Shown here piece after piece: positions 26,077 through 35,327 of a DNA stretch of 43,038 nucleotides (position 1 is its first letter; the number at the start of each line of letters is the position of its first letter). Location: IMG/VR virus record IMGVR_UViG_3300033485_000038, positions 1 to 43,038 of that record; one strand, given 5' to 3'. A program made the position numbers and the translations under genes. This DNA is from a virus (taxonomy: Duplodnaviria; Caudoviricetes). A model generated the notes under the pieces. It was not told where the DNA came from, did not search any database, and saw nothing but the letters and a program-made list of their open reading frames with translations.

Positions 26077-27605
26077 TGGGCGCAACGGTGATTGACGAGT
26101 TGATTGTGTCGCTAGGACTGGACGCGAGTCAATTCAACAAGGGTCAGAAGGAAGCCGTTGACGCGCTGGATAAGACTGAGAAAACTGCTGGGACAACCAG
26201 CAAGCACATGCAGGAAGAGGGGAAAAAAGCTGCCGGATTCTTCTCGGCTATCAAGGGTGAAGTATTTGCCCTGACCGGTGCGTTCCTCGGGCTGAGTGCG
26301 CTCAAATCGGCTACCACTGAAATAACTCGTGCCGATTCGGCGTTGGGTCGATTGGGGCGTACCCTGAATCTGGCACCGACAGATTTAAAAGCGTTCGAAG
26401 GTGTTGCGCAGAAGTATGGTAGCAGTGCAGAAGACATGGATTCGGCGTTTCAGCACACAGCCGATGTAATCGCACAATTTCGTACTCGCGGCAAAATTGA
26501 TCCGGACTTCCTGTTCAATCTCGGTCAAGCGCAGATTGATTACGCGAAGTTCTTCGCGAAAGAGACCGATGACATCGAGCGTTTCAAAATGGTGGCAGAT
26601 GGGCTGAATGAATCGATTGAATCTGGTCGCCGCACTCGTGCTGAAGCGATGACCATTGGTGAAGGCATGGGCTACAGCCGTGAGACGGTCACTATGATGA
26701 TCGAGACGAAAGGCAAACTCGATTCATTGATCGCATCATACAAGGAACTCAACAAAGTCACCGAAGCAGACACGATTGCCGCGCAAGTTCGCACCGAGGC
26801 ATGGAACACGTTTACGGGTGCGGTTGAGAATGCGTATCGAGCAGCATTAAACGGTGTGACGCAGTTAATGTCTGCGGAAGCAGGCGTCGCCAAGGAACGC
26901 GAAAAGGGTAAGCAGGGCGTGTTCGCGAGCGGTCGGACGTGGTACGGCGCGACGCAAGTGTTTGAGCAGGCTCCGTCCCAAGTTTCATCTGGGGGCGTCA
27001 GGCGTCCGACACCAACTACGTCGGGCGAGATGTCTACGCAGTCTCCTGCGGCACCAAAGGTATCGGGTAATCGGAACGAGCGAAATAACAACCCAGGTAA
27101 CATCGAATTCGGGCCATTCGCATTGAAACACGGTGCGATCGGAAGTGATGGACGGTTTGCGATATTCCCGTCAATGGAATTGGGCGCCGCCGCACAACGG
27201 GCACTACTTGAGGTCTACGGGCGAGCGGGTGTGCATACGGTGGAGGGTGTCGTCAATAAGTGGGCGCCGTCTAGCGAGAACGACACGGCTGCTTACGTCG
27301 CCGATGTGACGAAGCGTTCGGGTTTGTCCGGCGAGTTGAACATGCGTGACCCAGCCACACTGTCTAAATTGCAACTGGCGATGGCCGCACATGAGGGTAT
27401 GTCAAAGGGCGGCATCAGCGCGATGAGCCGCATGCTGCCGATGGGTGGCGGCTCATCCTCCACCAGTACCAGTGAGGTACACATCAACGGCCCAATCACC
27501 ATTCAAGCGGGTAATGCTGACTCACGTGAGACGGCGAATCTGATCAACAATGGCGGTGTCGCACGTTTGGCGATGAACCAAAGCGGCAATTCGGGGATAC
27601 GATAA
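26076..27605 (+). CDS. Tape measure protein with C-terminal lysozyme-like domain
   Basis: TVIDELIVSLGLD N-terminus; RNNNPGNI...DGRFAIF...WAPSSENDTAAY. Confidence 0.88.
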   Translation: MGATVIDELIVSLGLDASQFNKGQKEAVDALDKTEKTAGTTSKHMQEEGKKAAGFFSAIKGEVFALTGAFLGLSALKSATTEITRADSALGRLGRTLNLAPTDLKAFEGVAQKYGSSAEDMDSAFQHTADVIAQFRTRGKIDPDFLFNLGQAQIDYAKFFAKETDDIERFKMVADGLNESIESGRRTRAEAMTIGEGMGYSRETVTMMIETKGKLDSLIASYKELNKVTEADTIAAQVRTEAWNTFTGAVENAYRAALNGVTQLMSAEAGVAKEREKGKQGVFASGRTWYGATQVFEQAPSQVSSGGVRRPTPTTSGEMSTQSPAAPKVSGNRNERNNNPGNIEFGPFALKHGAIGSDGRFAIFPSMELGAAAQRALLEVYGRAGVHTVEGVVNKWAPSSENDTAAYVADVTKRSGLSGELNMRDPATLSKLQLAMAAHEGMSKGGISAMSRMLPMGGGSSSTSTSEVHINGPITIQAGNADSRETANLINNGGVARLAMNQSGNSGIR

Positions 27606-28213
27606 TGGCACTCTTTCCACCACTGTCACAGATTGGCGTGCCACCGCTGCTGAATCCGATAGCAAATTGGTTCAATGTGGGTGCGTTACTCAAAGCAGAC
27701 GCCACGCTATTTCTGCGTCAATTCGGTCTTGCGCAAGATCCCCCGTGGGGCTTATATTTCGGGACGGAGAAGGTGCTCACGCCCGACTCCGTGCTCGCCA
27801 TCGAGTTCAAGAAAGACTGGAGCCATCCGAAGTATCCGATGGAGCTGGGCGCGTTCCAGACCTACAATAAAGTCACGCAGCCATACGACGTGCGTGTGAC
27901 AATGGTGTTCGGCGGCTCGGATAGCAAACGGTCGGCAGCATTGTTGGCGGTCGAGAAAGTCGCGTCATCACTCGAACTGTACGCGCTGGTGATGCCTGAC
28001 GCTGAGTATCAGAACCTCAACGTGGCGCATTACGACTTCAAACGATCTGCTGACAACGGCATCGGTTTGCTGACTGTGAATCTGTGGCTCACTGAGATTC
28101 GCAATACAATTCGACCCGCATTCGCAAATGTCGCATCACCGAGCAGCGCAAATCCTTCCGCAACGAGTTCACGTCCAGGAGCGAGTCAGCCCGCCCCAAC
28201 CGGTCAACAGTAG
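27605..28213 (+). CDS. Baseplate/tail tube initiator (Dit-like)
   Basis: YPMELGAFQTYNKV..P; synteny. Confidence 0.75.
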   Translation: MALFPPLSQIGVPPLLNPIANWFNVGALLKADATLFLRQFGLAQDPPWGLYFGTEKVLTPDSVLAIEFKKDWSHPKYPMELGAFQTYNKVTQPYDVRVTMVFGGSDSKRSAALLAVEKVASSLELYALVMPDAEYQNLNVAHYDFKRSADNGIGLLTVNLWLTEIRNTIRPAFANVASPSSANPSATSSRPGASQPAPTGQQ

Positions 28214-28216
28214 ATC

Positions 28217-28531
28217 ATGCGAATCGTACCCATCCTCGATGCCGCCAGCCAGACGGTGCAAGTCACGCTCGGTAATCAGAACTGCCAGATCAATCTGTAC
28301 CAGAAATCGACAGGGTTCTATTGCGATCTTTACGTTGACAGTACGCTGATTATCGGCGGGGTGATTTGCCAAAATCTCAACCGAATCGTCCGCAATGCGT
28401 ATCTGGGATTCATCGGTGACTTGAGTTTCAACGACACGCAAGGTGTTGCTGATCCAGTGTTCCCCGGTCTGAACACGCGATATCAACTGATGTATCTTGA
28501 GTCTGCGGATCTCGTCGGGCTGCAGCAATGA
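28217..28531 (+). CDS. Small baseplate protein
   Basis: QTVQVTLGNQNC...YLGFIGDL.F.DTQG..DP; synteny. Confidence 0.75.
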   Translation: MRIVPILDAASQTVQVTLGNQNCQINLYQKSTGFYCDLYVDSTLIIGGVICQNLNRIVRNAYLGFIGDLSFNDTQGVADPVFPGLNTRYQLMYLESADLVGLQQ

Positions 28532-29394
28532 GTTTCGCACGACGCATCATATCGCTAACCTTCACCAAAGGTGTCGGCACGTTCGCCGAAAGCGGCACAA
28601 ACCAACTCACCGTGTCGGGCCTGCGCGTGCAGTGCAACATCATCAACGTCGGCGGCGTAACTATGGGTGAGGCGCAATTGCGCATATACGGTCTCACGAA
28701 GCAGTCGATGATCGATCTGTCGGCGTTGAACGGTGGGTTCATGGTTCAGCGCATGGTCGAGTTAGAGATACGTGCTGGTGATGACATCGACGGGCTGGAG
28801 CTGGTGTTCGACGGTCAGATACGAATCGGTCAGATTGATCTGAACAATGCGCCCGATTCGGCGTTAATCGTGCTGGCGTATGGCGGAATCATGCAGGCGC
28901 TACAGGTGGCCACTGCGACGAGCTATCCGATGGGAACCGACCACATAACTGTTATGAAAGACCTCGCGGCTCGAATGGGGTTAGGGTTTGAATCGACGGG
29001 TTTCCCGATATCGTTGGCAACCCCGTACTATCCCGGCACGCTGCGCGACCAGACGATGCGCTGCGCGGACGCTGCCGGTGTGAATTGGACAATCGATTCT
29101 GGAATGCTCATCGTCTGGCCTCGACTGGGCGTTCGAACTGGAACGGGTGCCGTGCCCCTCGTGTCCCCCGACACAGGTATGGTCGGGTATCCGGCATACT
29201 CGGAGATTGGCATCGCGGTGAAGACAATGTTCAACCCACGCATTCGACTGGGCGCGCTTGTCACCGTTGCGAGCAGTCTACCTTTCGCGAACGGCACATG
29301 GGGTGCGTTCTTCATTCGTCACGAGCTGGAGAGCGAAACGCCTTCAGGCAAGTGGTTCACAAGTTTCGATGGGCAACCTTACATTGGCCAATAA
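28528..29394 (+). CDS. Baseplate hub protein
   Basis: LRIYGL...AGD...VFDG.I...SPDTGMVGYP. Confidence 0.8.
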   Translation: MSFARRIISLTFTKGVGTFAESGTNQLTVSGLRVQCNIINVGGVTMGEAQLRIYGLTKQSMIDLSALNGGFMVQRMVELEIRAGDDIDGLELVFDGQIRIGQIDLNNAPDSALIVLAYGGIMQALQVATATSYPMGTDHITVMKDLAARMGLGFESTGFPISLATPYYPGTLRDQTMRCADAAGVNWTIDSGMLIVWPRLGVRTGTGAVPLVSPDTGMVGYPAYSEIGIAVKTMFNPRIRLGALVTVASSLPFANGTWGAFFIRHELESETPSGKWFTSFDGQPYIGQ

Positions 29395-30052
29395 CCCTAC
29401 CCCAGCAAGCGGTTGGCAGAATCCAACGGACTTTGGTTCGGAGTTCGCCGCACGCAACTTCCAGATATGGTCAGTATTGTCACGTCTGGCGGGCGCTACC
29501 CCCGTGCGCGTCATGGCGGTTGATCCGGTGGCTCGTACTGTAGATATTCATCCGATGGTGAATCAAGTCGCTAAGACGGTCGATCCTGTCAGCAACGTGA
29601 TCACTGATACAGCCGTCCCACATGGCACGATATACACATGCCCGTACTTTCAGCTTCAATCGGGTGCCAGCGCGGTGGTCATCCCGCCGACAGTGGGCGA
29701 CATTGGCGTTGCGATATTTGCCGACCGAGACATGTCGATTGTCGCCAGAACCAAAGATGACGCGAATCCTGGAAGCGAACGCATGTTCGACATGGCCGAC
29801 GGCATCTATTTTGGTGGAATTCTCAACGGTGCTGTGTCACAATATGTTGAATTCTCGGCGGGTGGGATAACCATCGTGTCGCCTACTCTAGTCACTGTCA
29901 ACGCACCGGATATCAACATGACCGCAAACGTACACATGACGGGCAATCTGGATGTGAGTGGCACATTGACCAATGCAGGCAAGAATGTCGGCGCAACCCA
30001 TACACATAGTGGCGTCACAGTCGGTGCGGGCAACACAGGGGTTCCGGTGTAA
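29384..30052 (+). CDS. Baseplate central spike (gp138/gpV-like)
   Basis: P..GDIG...FADRD.S, D.ADG.Y.GG, C-terminal THTHSGV iron-binding motif; start uncertain (ATG 29369 or TTG 29384). Confidence 0.88.
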   Translation: MANNPTPASGWQNPTDFGSEFAARNFQIWSVLSRLAGATPVRVMAVDPVARTVDIHPMVNQVAKTVDPVSNVITDTAVPHGTIYTCPYFQLQSGASAVVIPPTVGDIGVAIFADRDMSIVARTKDDANPGSERMFDMADGIYFGGILNGAVSQYVEFSAGGITIVSPTLVTVNAPDINMTANVHMTGNLDVSGTLTNAGKNVGATHTHSGVTVGAGNTGVPV

Positions 30053-30402
30053 TGGATACGATATTCATGACTCAGCCCGAGTACGACCTGACACTTGACT
30101 CGTCAGGTAATATCGCGATGGCGACTATCCCTTACAGTTACGCGCAGGATGCGGCATCGGCAATCCGCACCTTTCTCGGGGAATGCTACTATAATACCGC
30201 GTTAGGTGTGCCATATTTTCAACAGATTCTAGGAAAACGACCACCCATTGAACTGATGCGCGCGCAATTCATTGCCGCTGCAATGACAGTGCCGGGAGTT
30301 GTCGCGGCGCAAGTATTCTTTTCGGACTTCGTTGACCGTAAGGTCTCGGGGCAAGTGCAAGTAACTGATCGAGCCGGTGCTATAACGGCAGCGGGATTCT
30401 AA
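30052..30402 (+). CDS. Baseplate wedge/sheath initiator (gp25-like)
   Basis: AQD.ASAIRTFLGECYY....GVPY. Confidence 0.8.
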   Translation: MDTIFMTQPEYDLTLDSSGNIAMATIPYSYAQDAASAIRTFLGECYYNTALGVPYFQQILGKRPPIELMRAQFIAAAMTVPGVVAAQVFFSDFVDRKVSGQVQVTDRAGAITAAGF

Positions 30403-32007
30403 ATGCCTACCAACGTCCCATCACCAGTATTCGGACCTACGGGGTTCGTTGCACCGAGCGAGGCGTCCATCCTTGCTGGCGTACAGGCCGACCAGAATGC
30501 GGCGTTCGGCGGCAATCTCAATCCTGCATTGAATACTCCTCAAGGTCAGCTCGCCACATCCGAAGCGGCAGTCATCGGCAATAAAAACGATCAATTCTTA
30601 GCATTAGCGAACGGCGTAGACCCGGCGTTCGCTGCTGGACGAATGCAAGACGCGATTGGGCGCATCTATTTCATGAGTCGAATCGCTGCTGCAGCGACGG
30701 TCGTGACTGCGACATGCACGGGGCTTGACGGCTTGTTCATTCCAATCGGTGCTAAAGCGATCGATTCCGTCGGTAATATCTACAATGCCACACAGGCTGG
30801 GGCTATTCCAGCCGCGTCGTCTGTGACGGGTTCGATCAGCGGGACCGTGTTGACAATATCCGGCGTCACAGCAGGCGCCATACATCCGTTCCAGAATCTC
30901 ACAGGGACAGGTGTTACTGCAGGTACGGTGACACTCGCGCAAATTTCGGGTACGACGGGCGGGGTGGGTACATATACCGTCAACACCAGTCAGACCGTCG
31001 GATCGGTTGCTATGGCGACCAGCGGTATCGGCCTGACCTTCGCTGCGGAAATCGCCGGACCTATTGCGTGTCCGATCGGGCAGCTTTCTGCGATATATCA
31101 GGCTATTCCGGGCTGGGACTCTATAAGTAACGCGGTGGCGGGTGTCATTGGGCGAAACGTGGAATCTCGATCAGACTTCGAGTTTCGTCGCCAAAGCTCG
31201 GTCGCACTCAATGCGAATGGCACATACGATTCGGTTCTAGCGAACGTGCTGGCTGTGCCCAATGTGCTGGACGCGTATGTGTTGGGCAACCCATTAGGTG
31301 TGACAAGCGGAGCAGTCATCAGCGGCACGATCGCCACAACCACGCTGACCGTGAATTCGCTCACATCCGGCACTGTTGCTATTGGGCAGATGGTCACTGG
31401 CGCGGGTGTCGCTCCGGGCACGTACATCACCGCAGGCTCGGGTGTGACATGGACTGTGAACATCAGTCAATCGGTCGGGCCTGTCGCGATGACATGCGCG
31501 CAAGGGGGTTATCCGCTGGTAGCGCACAGCATCTATGTTGGCACGTATGGTGGTGTGTCAGCAGATATTGCCGCTGCGATTCTGAGAAAGATTTCTCCAG
31601 GTTGCAACTTCAACGGAAACACTGCCGTGGTGGTACAAGACACGACTCCGCCGTACTCGGCCCCGTTCCCGACATACAACGTCACGTTCAACACACTGAC
31701 ACCGACCGCCGTCAAATTCGCAATATCCATGCTCACCAACGCGCAGGTGCCTGCCGATGCTGTCGCGCAGATCCGTGCGGCAGTCATCGCACAGTTCACA
31801 GGTACGGCAGATGCCGCAACTCGTGAGCGGACGGGCGCGACAATCCTGCATAGCGCGTATTACGCGCCGTTGTTTGCGCTCGGTGCATGGGTGCAGATCG
31901 CTGAAATCGCCATAGGGATCGGTACTGCAAATAAGACGACACTGTTGATGCAGATTGATCAAGAACCCACCATCACCGATCTCGACATCACGGTGACATT
32001 CGCATAA
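30403..32007 (+). CDS. Baseplate J-like protein with two inserted modules
   Basis: TPQGQLA...DP..A.GRMQDAIGRIYF..R; G...ESR.DFE.RR. Confidence 0.9.
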   Translation: MPTNVPSPVFGPTGFVAPSEASILAGVQADQNAAFGGNLNPALNTPQGQLATSEAAVIGNKNDQFLALANGVDPAFAAGRMQDAIGRIYFMSRIAAAATVVTATCTGLDGLFIPIGAKAIDSVGNIYNATQAGAIPAASSVTGSISGTVLTISGVTAGAIHPFQNLTGTGVTAGTVTLAQISGTTGGVGTYTVNTSQTVGSVAMATSGIGLTFAAEIAGPIACPIGQLSAIYQAIPGWDSISNAVAGVIGRNVESRSDFEFRRQSSVALNANGTYDSVLANVLAVPNVLDAYVLGNPLGVTSGAVISGTIATTTLTVNSLTSGTVAIGQMVTGAGVAPGTYITAGSGVTWTVNISQSVGPVAMTCAQGGYPLVAHSIYVGTYGGVSADIAAAILRKISPGCNFNGNTAVVVQDTTPPYSAPFPTYNVTFNTLTPTAVKFAISMLTNAQVPADAVAQIRAAVIAQFTGTADAATRERTGATILHSAYYAPLFALGAWVQIAEIAIGIGTANKTTLLMQIDQEPTITDLDITVTFA

Positions 32008-32885
32008 TGCAACTTGTAAACACACTACGCTTTCCCAGCCTGACCAGCGTCCCGTCGCTGGGCGACATGCTGGTCAATGCGGGATTGACTGCATCGGGTG
32101 TTGTGGTGAGCGTAGACGCACCACTGTTTGCGTTGGAGATGTCGTCCGCAGTGAGCTTCGCGGTTGGTGATGTGGTGACGAATCAGACCGCCGCCGTCGC
32201 AGTGGGCACGGTGCTTGATGTGTACACACAAGAGGTGATGAATTATCAGGACACGTTCATCAGTCAATATGCGAATAGTCCTACGATGATCGCACTCGCG
32301 GGGCGCATGATATCTGCGATAGACCCGTACCAACTGATCAATGATTTTTACAACGATGTCTGGAACATCGACACCGCGATCGGCTACGGTTTAGATGTGT
32401 GGGGGCGCATCGTTGGGGTGTCGCGCGTATTGCAAGTGCCCGGTACGAATAATCTGACATATTTCGGATTTGACGAGGCGTTGCCGAATGTCCATTCGTT
32501 TGGACATGGTCCGTTTTATAGCGGACCACCCGCGTCCGCCGGGTATGTACTGACGGATGACGCATATCGTTTCCTGATATTGGTGAAAGCCGCCGCGAAT
32601 ATATCGGGTTCGTCATACACGGATATGAATCGCCTACTGATGATGCTGTTTCCAAATAGGGGCGTAGCGTGTGTCCAGTCAAACGGGAACATGCACATGT
32701 GGTTGGTGATCAATTTCACGTTACAGCCATTCGAGATCGCAATACTGCGAGATAGTGGTGTATTTCCTACCCCAACAGGTGTCGGGATGGATATAATGTT
32801 GCGGTCGAACACACTAGGATTCGCCGAGGCGGGTTCGGATTCGTCCACATTTGGATTTGGTTCATTTTTTGGGGGTTTCGTATAA
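32007..32885 (+). CDS. Baseplate wedge protein (DUF2612-type) with extra N-terminal module
   Basis: ISQYANSP...WNIDTA.GYGLDVWGRIVG...L.DD.YR. Confidence 0.88.
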   Translation: MQLVNTLRFPSLTSVPSLGDMLVNAGLTASGVVVSVDAPLFALEMSSAVSFAVGDVVTNQTAAVAVGTVLDVYTQEVMNYQDTFISQYANSPTMIALAGRMISAIDPYQLINDFYNDVWNIDTAIGYGLDVWGRIVGVSRVLQVPGTNNLTYFGFDEALPNVHSFGHGPFYSGPPASAGYVLTDDAYRFLILVKAAANISGSSYTDMNRLLMMLFPNRGVACVQSNGNMHMWLVINFTLQPFEIAILRDSGVFPTPTGVGMDIMLRSNTLGFAEAGSDSSTFGFGSFFGGFV

Positions 32886-34300
32886 TGCTCGCATCAGCAG
32901 CCGTAACACCATTCGAAAAGGCGTTCGCCGCAGGTGCTGGCGGAGGTTATATTCGAGCAATCCCTGTCGCATCTCAAATTGCGATTACACCTGGTGCCGC
33001 GTCACTCACTGACGGCTTTCCGCCAGTGAATTTCGTAGATCCTCTCGCAGGTGGCATCCCGCCATTCGGTCAGGATATGAACGGCATTCTATATGAGATC
33101 ACGCTCGCGCAACAATGGGCGCAAGCTGGTGGACTACCGAAATATAACGCCACGTTTTCTACGGCTATCGGTGGCTATCCGAATGGTGCGGTGTTGCAGA
33201 AAGCGTCGAATCTTGGATTCTGGCAATCGACCGTTGACAACAATGTGACCAACCCCGATGCGGCAGGTGCAGGTTGGACGGATATCCAATACGGGGCAAC
33301 GGCTGCGCCATTTGATAACAGCACAAAATTATCGACAACATCGTTTGTTCAACAGGCCATCGGGCAGTTGAGCTTCCGAAACGTATTCATCAATGGCGCC
33401 TATCAAATCGCTCAAGTGAATGCTGATGCGGCGGCTGTAATCACGGCAGGTGCTGCTATCAATTACGCGATTGACCGGTGGTATACACAATCCACGGGCC
33501 AGAATATCACCGCGCAGCGCGTCGTTGGTGCTTCGCCGTTCAAGTACGCATACAAGCTGCTTGCTGGCGCAACTGGCCCGACGACTACCCTGCATGGCAC
33601 TCGTCTGGAAGGTAGAGATTGCGTGAAGCTGGTAAACCAAACTGTCGCAGTTCAGGTTGGCCTGCTTTGCGATGTGGCACGGACGGTTACTTGGACAGCC
33701 TACTCCGCCAATGCGGAGGATGTTTTTGCTACCAAGACACAGATCGCCACTGGGACAATCTCGGCGACCACCGGACAAGCAAATTACACCTTCACCTTCA
33801 ATGCTGGTGCGAACGCGGGGAATGGTCTGTGCATCGAGTACACCACAGGCGCACTGACTAACTCGACAGGATTTATCCAGTATCAAGGACATCAACTTGA
33901 GCAAGTTGCTGTTGGGGCGACCAGCGGAACGACATTTGAGCATATTCAATATTCAGAGCAGTTGCTCAGATGCCAACGGTATCTACCGTGCTGGAACAGT
34001 ACCTCTACTAGCTCCATGATTTGCTCTGGCTATAACTATGCAACAAGCCTGTTCGGAGCCGTTCCTATATTCCCAGTGCGAACCCGGGTTCCTGTTACAG
34101 GTGTTGTCGTCAGTAACATTGCGCATCTAGCGTCCTTATACGGCTCAATTGTTGCTTCCGGAACAATTGCGCTTGCAGAGCCGTCTGATACGGCTTGCCG
34201 CTTGGCAATGACTACGACTGGAGCTGTGGCAGGAACTGCTTCTGCGCTATACTTTAATAATGCCGCCGGGCAACTTTATCTCACAGGAGCTGAACTCTAA
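32885..34300 (+). CDS. Tail fibre protein
   Basis: GAASLTDGFPP...GGIPP.GQDMNGIL...IGGYP.GAVL; C-terminal FEH...L.RCQRY. Confidence 0.88.
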   Translation: MLASAAVTPFEKAFAAGAGGGYIRAIPVASQIAITPGAASLTDGFPPVNFVDPLAGGIPPFGQDMNGILYEITLAQQWAQAGGLPKYNATFSTAIGGYPNGAVLQKASNLGFWQSTVDNNVTNPDAAGAGWTDIQYGATAAPFDNSTKLSTTSFVQQAIGQLSFRNVFINGAYQIAQVNADAAAVITAGAAINYAIDRWYTQSTGQNITAQRVVGASPFKYAYKLLAGATGPTTTLHGTRLEGRDCVKLVNQTVAVQVGLLCDVARTVTWTAYSANAEDVFATKTQIATGTISATTGQANYTFTFNAGANAGNGLCIEYTTGALTNSTGFIQYQGHQLEQVAVGATSGTTFEHIQYSEQLLRCQRYLPCWNSTSTSSMICSGYNYATSLFGAVPIFPVRTRVPVTGVVVSNIAHLASLYGSIVASGTIALAEPSDTACRLAMTTTGAVAGTASALYFNNAAGQLYLTGAEL

Positions 34301-34779
34301 TGGCTATCACTAATTGGAAACTTTCACCAGACGGCGCAAGTGCATCGCGCACTCTCGACAATGGGGCGACCGAATCGCGCCTCGTAAGCGCAATCGATCC
34401 GGCAGAACTCACGAAGGCGCTCCCTGCTTACACGGCAGCCGAAGCGTTGTTGGTGGCGAAGAATGACCAGATTCTTGCGCTTGAAACGTCATACGCTGCC
34501 GCGATACAAATTCCAGTGGCTTACATGGGAGCCACGTTTCAGGCGGATATAGCCAGTCAGGACACGCTAACGAAGAGTCTGGTGGCCGGTTCAGTTCCAG
34601 CAGGGTTTTACTGGCTCGATTCGCTCAATGCGAAGGTGCCGATGACTTTTACCCAACTGCAAGGGCTGGCTGGTGCGATGCTGGCACAGGGTCAAGCCGC
34701 GTTTGACCGCCTGCAAACTCGCAAGGCTACGGTGCGAAACGCAACTGCCGTCGCGGCAGTTCAAGCTGTGATCTGGTAA
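34300..34779 (+). CDS. Tail fibre assembly protein (DUF4376-like)
   Basis: FQAD..S...W.DS.N..VPMT...L; ends AVIW; follows the fibre. Confidence 0.75.
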   Translation: MAITNWKLSPDGASASRTLDNGATESRLVSAIDPAELTKALPAYTAAEALLVAKNDQILALETSYAAAIQIPVAYMGATFQADIASQDTLTKSLVAGSVPAGFYWLDSLNAKVPMTFTQLQGLAGAMLAQGQAAFDRLQTRKATVRNATAVAAVQAVIW

Positions 34780-34949
34780 CGTGAGATCAAATCACGTCGT
34801 CCCGACAGCTTCACTTTGATTGCAGCCGCTGGGACGACCACATGACCGATTGCGGGGCTGAGGTTGTTTCGGTTCGGCAATTAAAAGATTTGAGCAGATG
34901 GGCTGCGTCTCGGCTATAATTTCGATCACCGATTTATTAGGAGTAGAAT

Positions 34950-35327
34950 ATGCGACGCAATCTGCAATTGATGCTCATAGGTGTGCTGTGCTTGTTTGCG
35001 ATCGCCGCAGTTGCCGCACCAGTCATTCGCTCAATCAGTACCCGCACGACCACGACAGCCACAGCAATCGACGGCACGAGCAAGACGTATCCGCTCACTG
35101 TGACTGTGATCCCCGAAAGTGGAGTGCTTGCCACTGCGGAGTATTCAACGACACCAAATGCGTACCTCTCCCCCGCCGATGCGCATTGGAACGTGCTCAA
35201 CTCGGCAAGTGCTGTAAGCACGGTCATGAGCACCACATTACCCAGCCCGGTCACTGCGATTCGATTTACGCGCGTGTCAGGCGCATCGGCAGTCATCGGT
35301 GAAGTCAACTGGATGGAGGCACCATGA
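34950..35327 (+). CDS. Signal-peptide protein, beta-rich
   Basis: MRRNLQLMLIGVLCLFAIAAVA; AGGAG RBS; TATAAT at 34915. Confidence 0.75.
   Translation: MRRNLQLMLIGVLCLFAIAAVAAPVIRSISTRTTTTATAIDGTSKTYPLTVTVIPESGVLATAEYSTTPNAYLSPADAHWNVLNSASAVSTVMSTTLPSPVTAIRFTRVSGASAVIGEVNWMEAP

Noticed and set aside
32885-34300. Diversity-generating retroelement or invertible fibre system
   Set aside because: No RT, template/variable repeat pair, invertase or duplicated fibre ends seen
34779-34838. Hairpins after the fibre assembly gene as attC or terminator
   Set aside because: Short stems (GTCGTCCC/GGGACGAC) without matching R boxes or a T-tract
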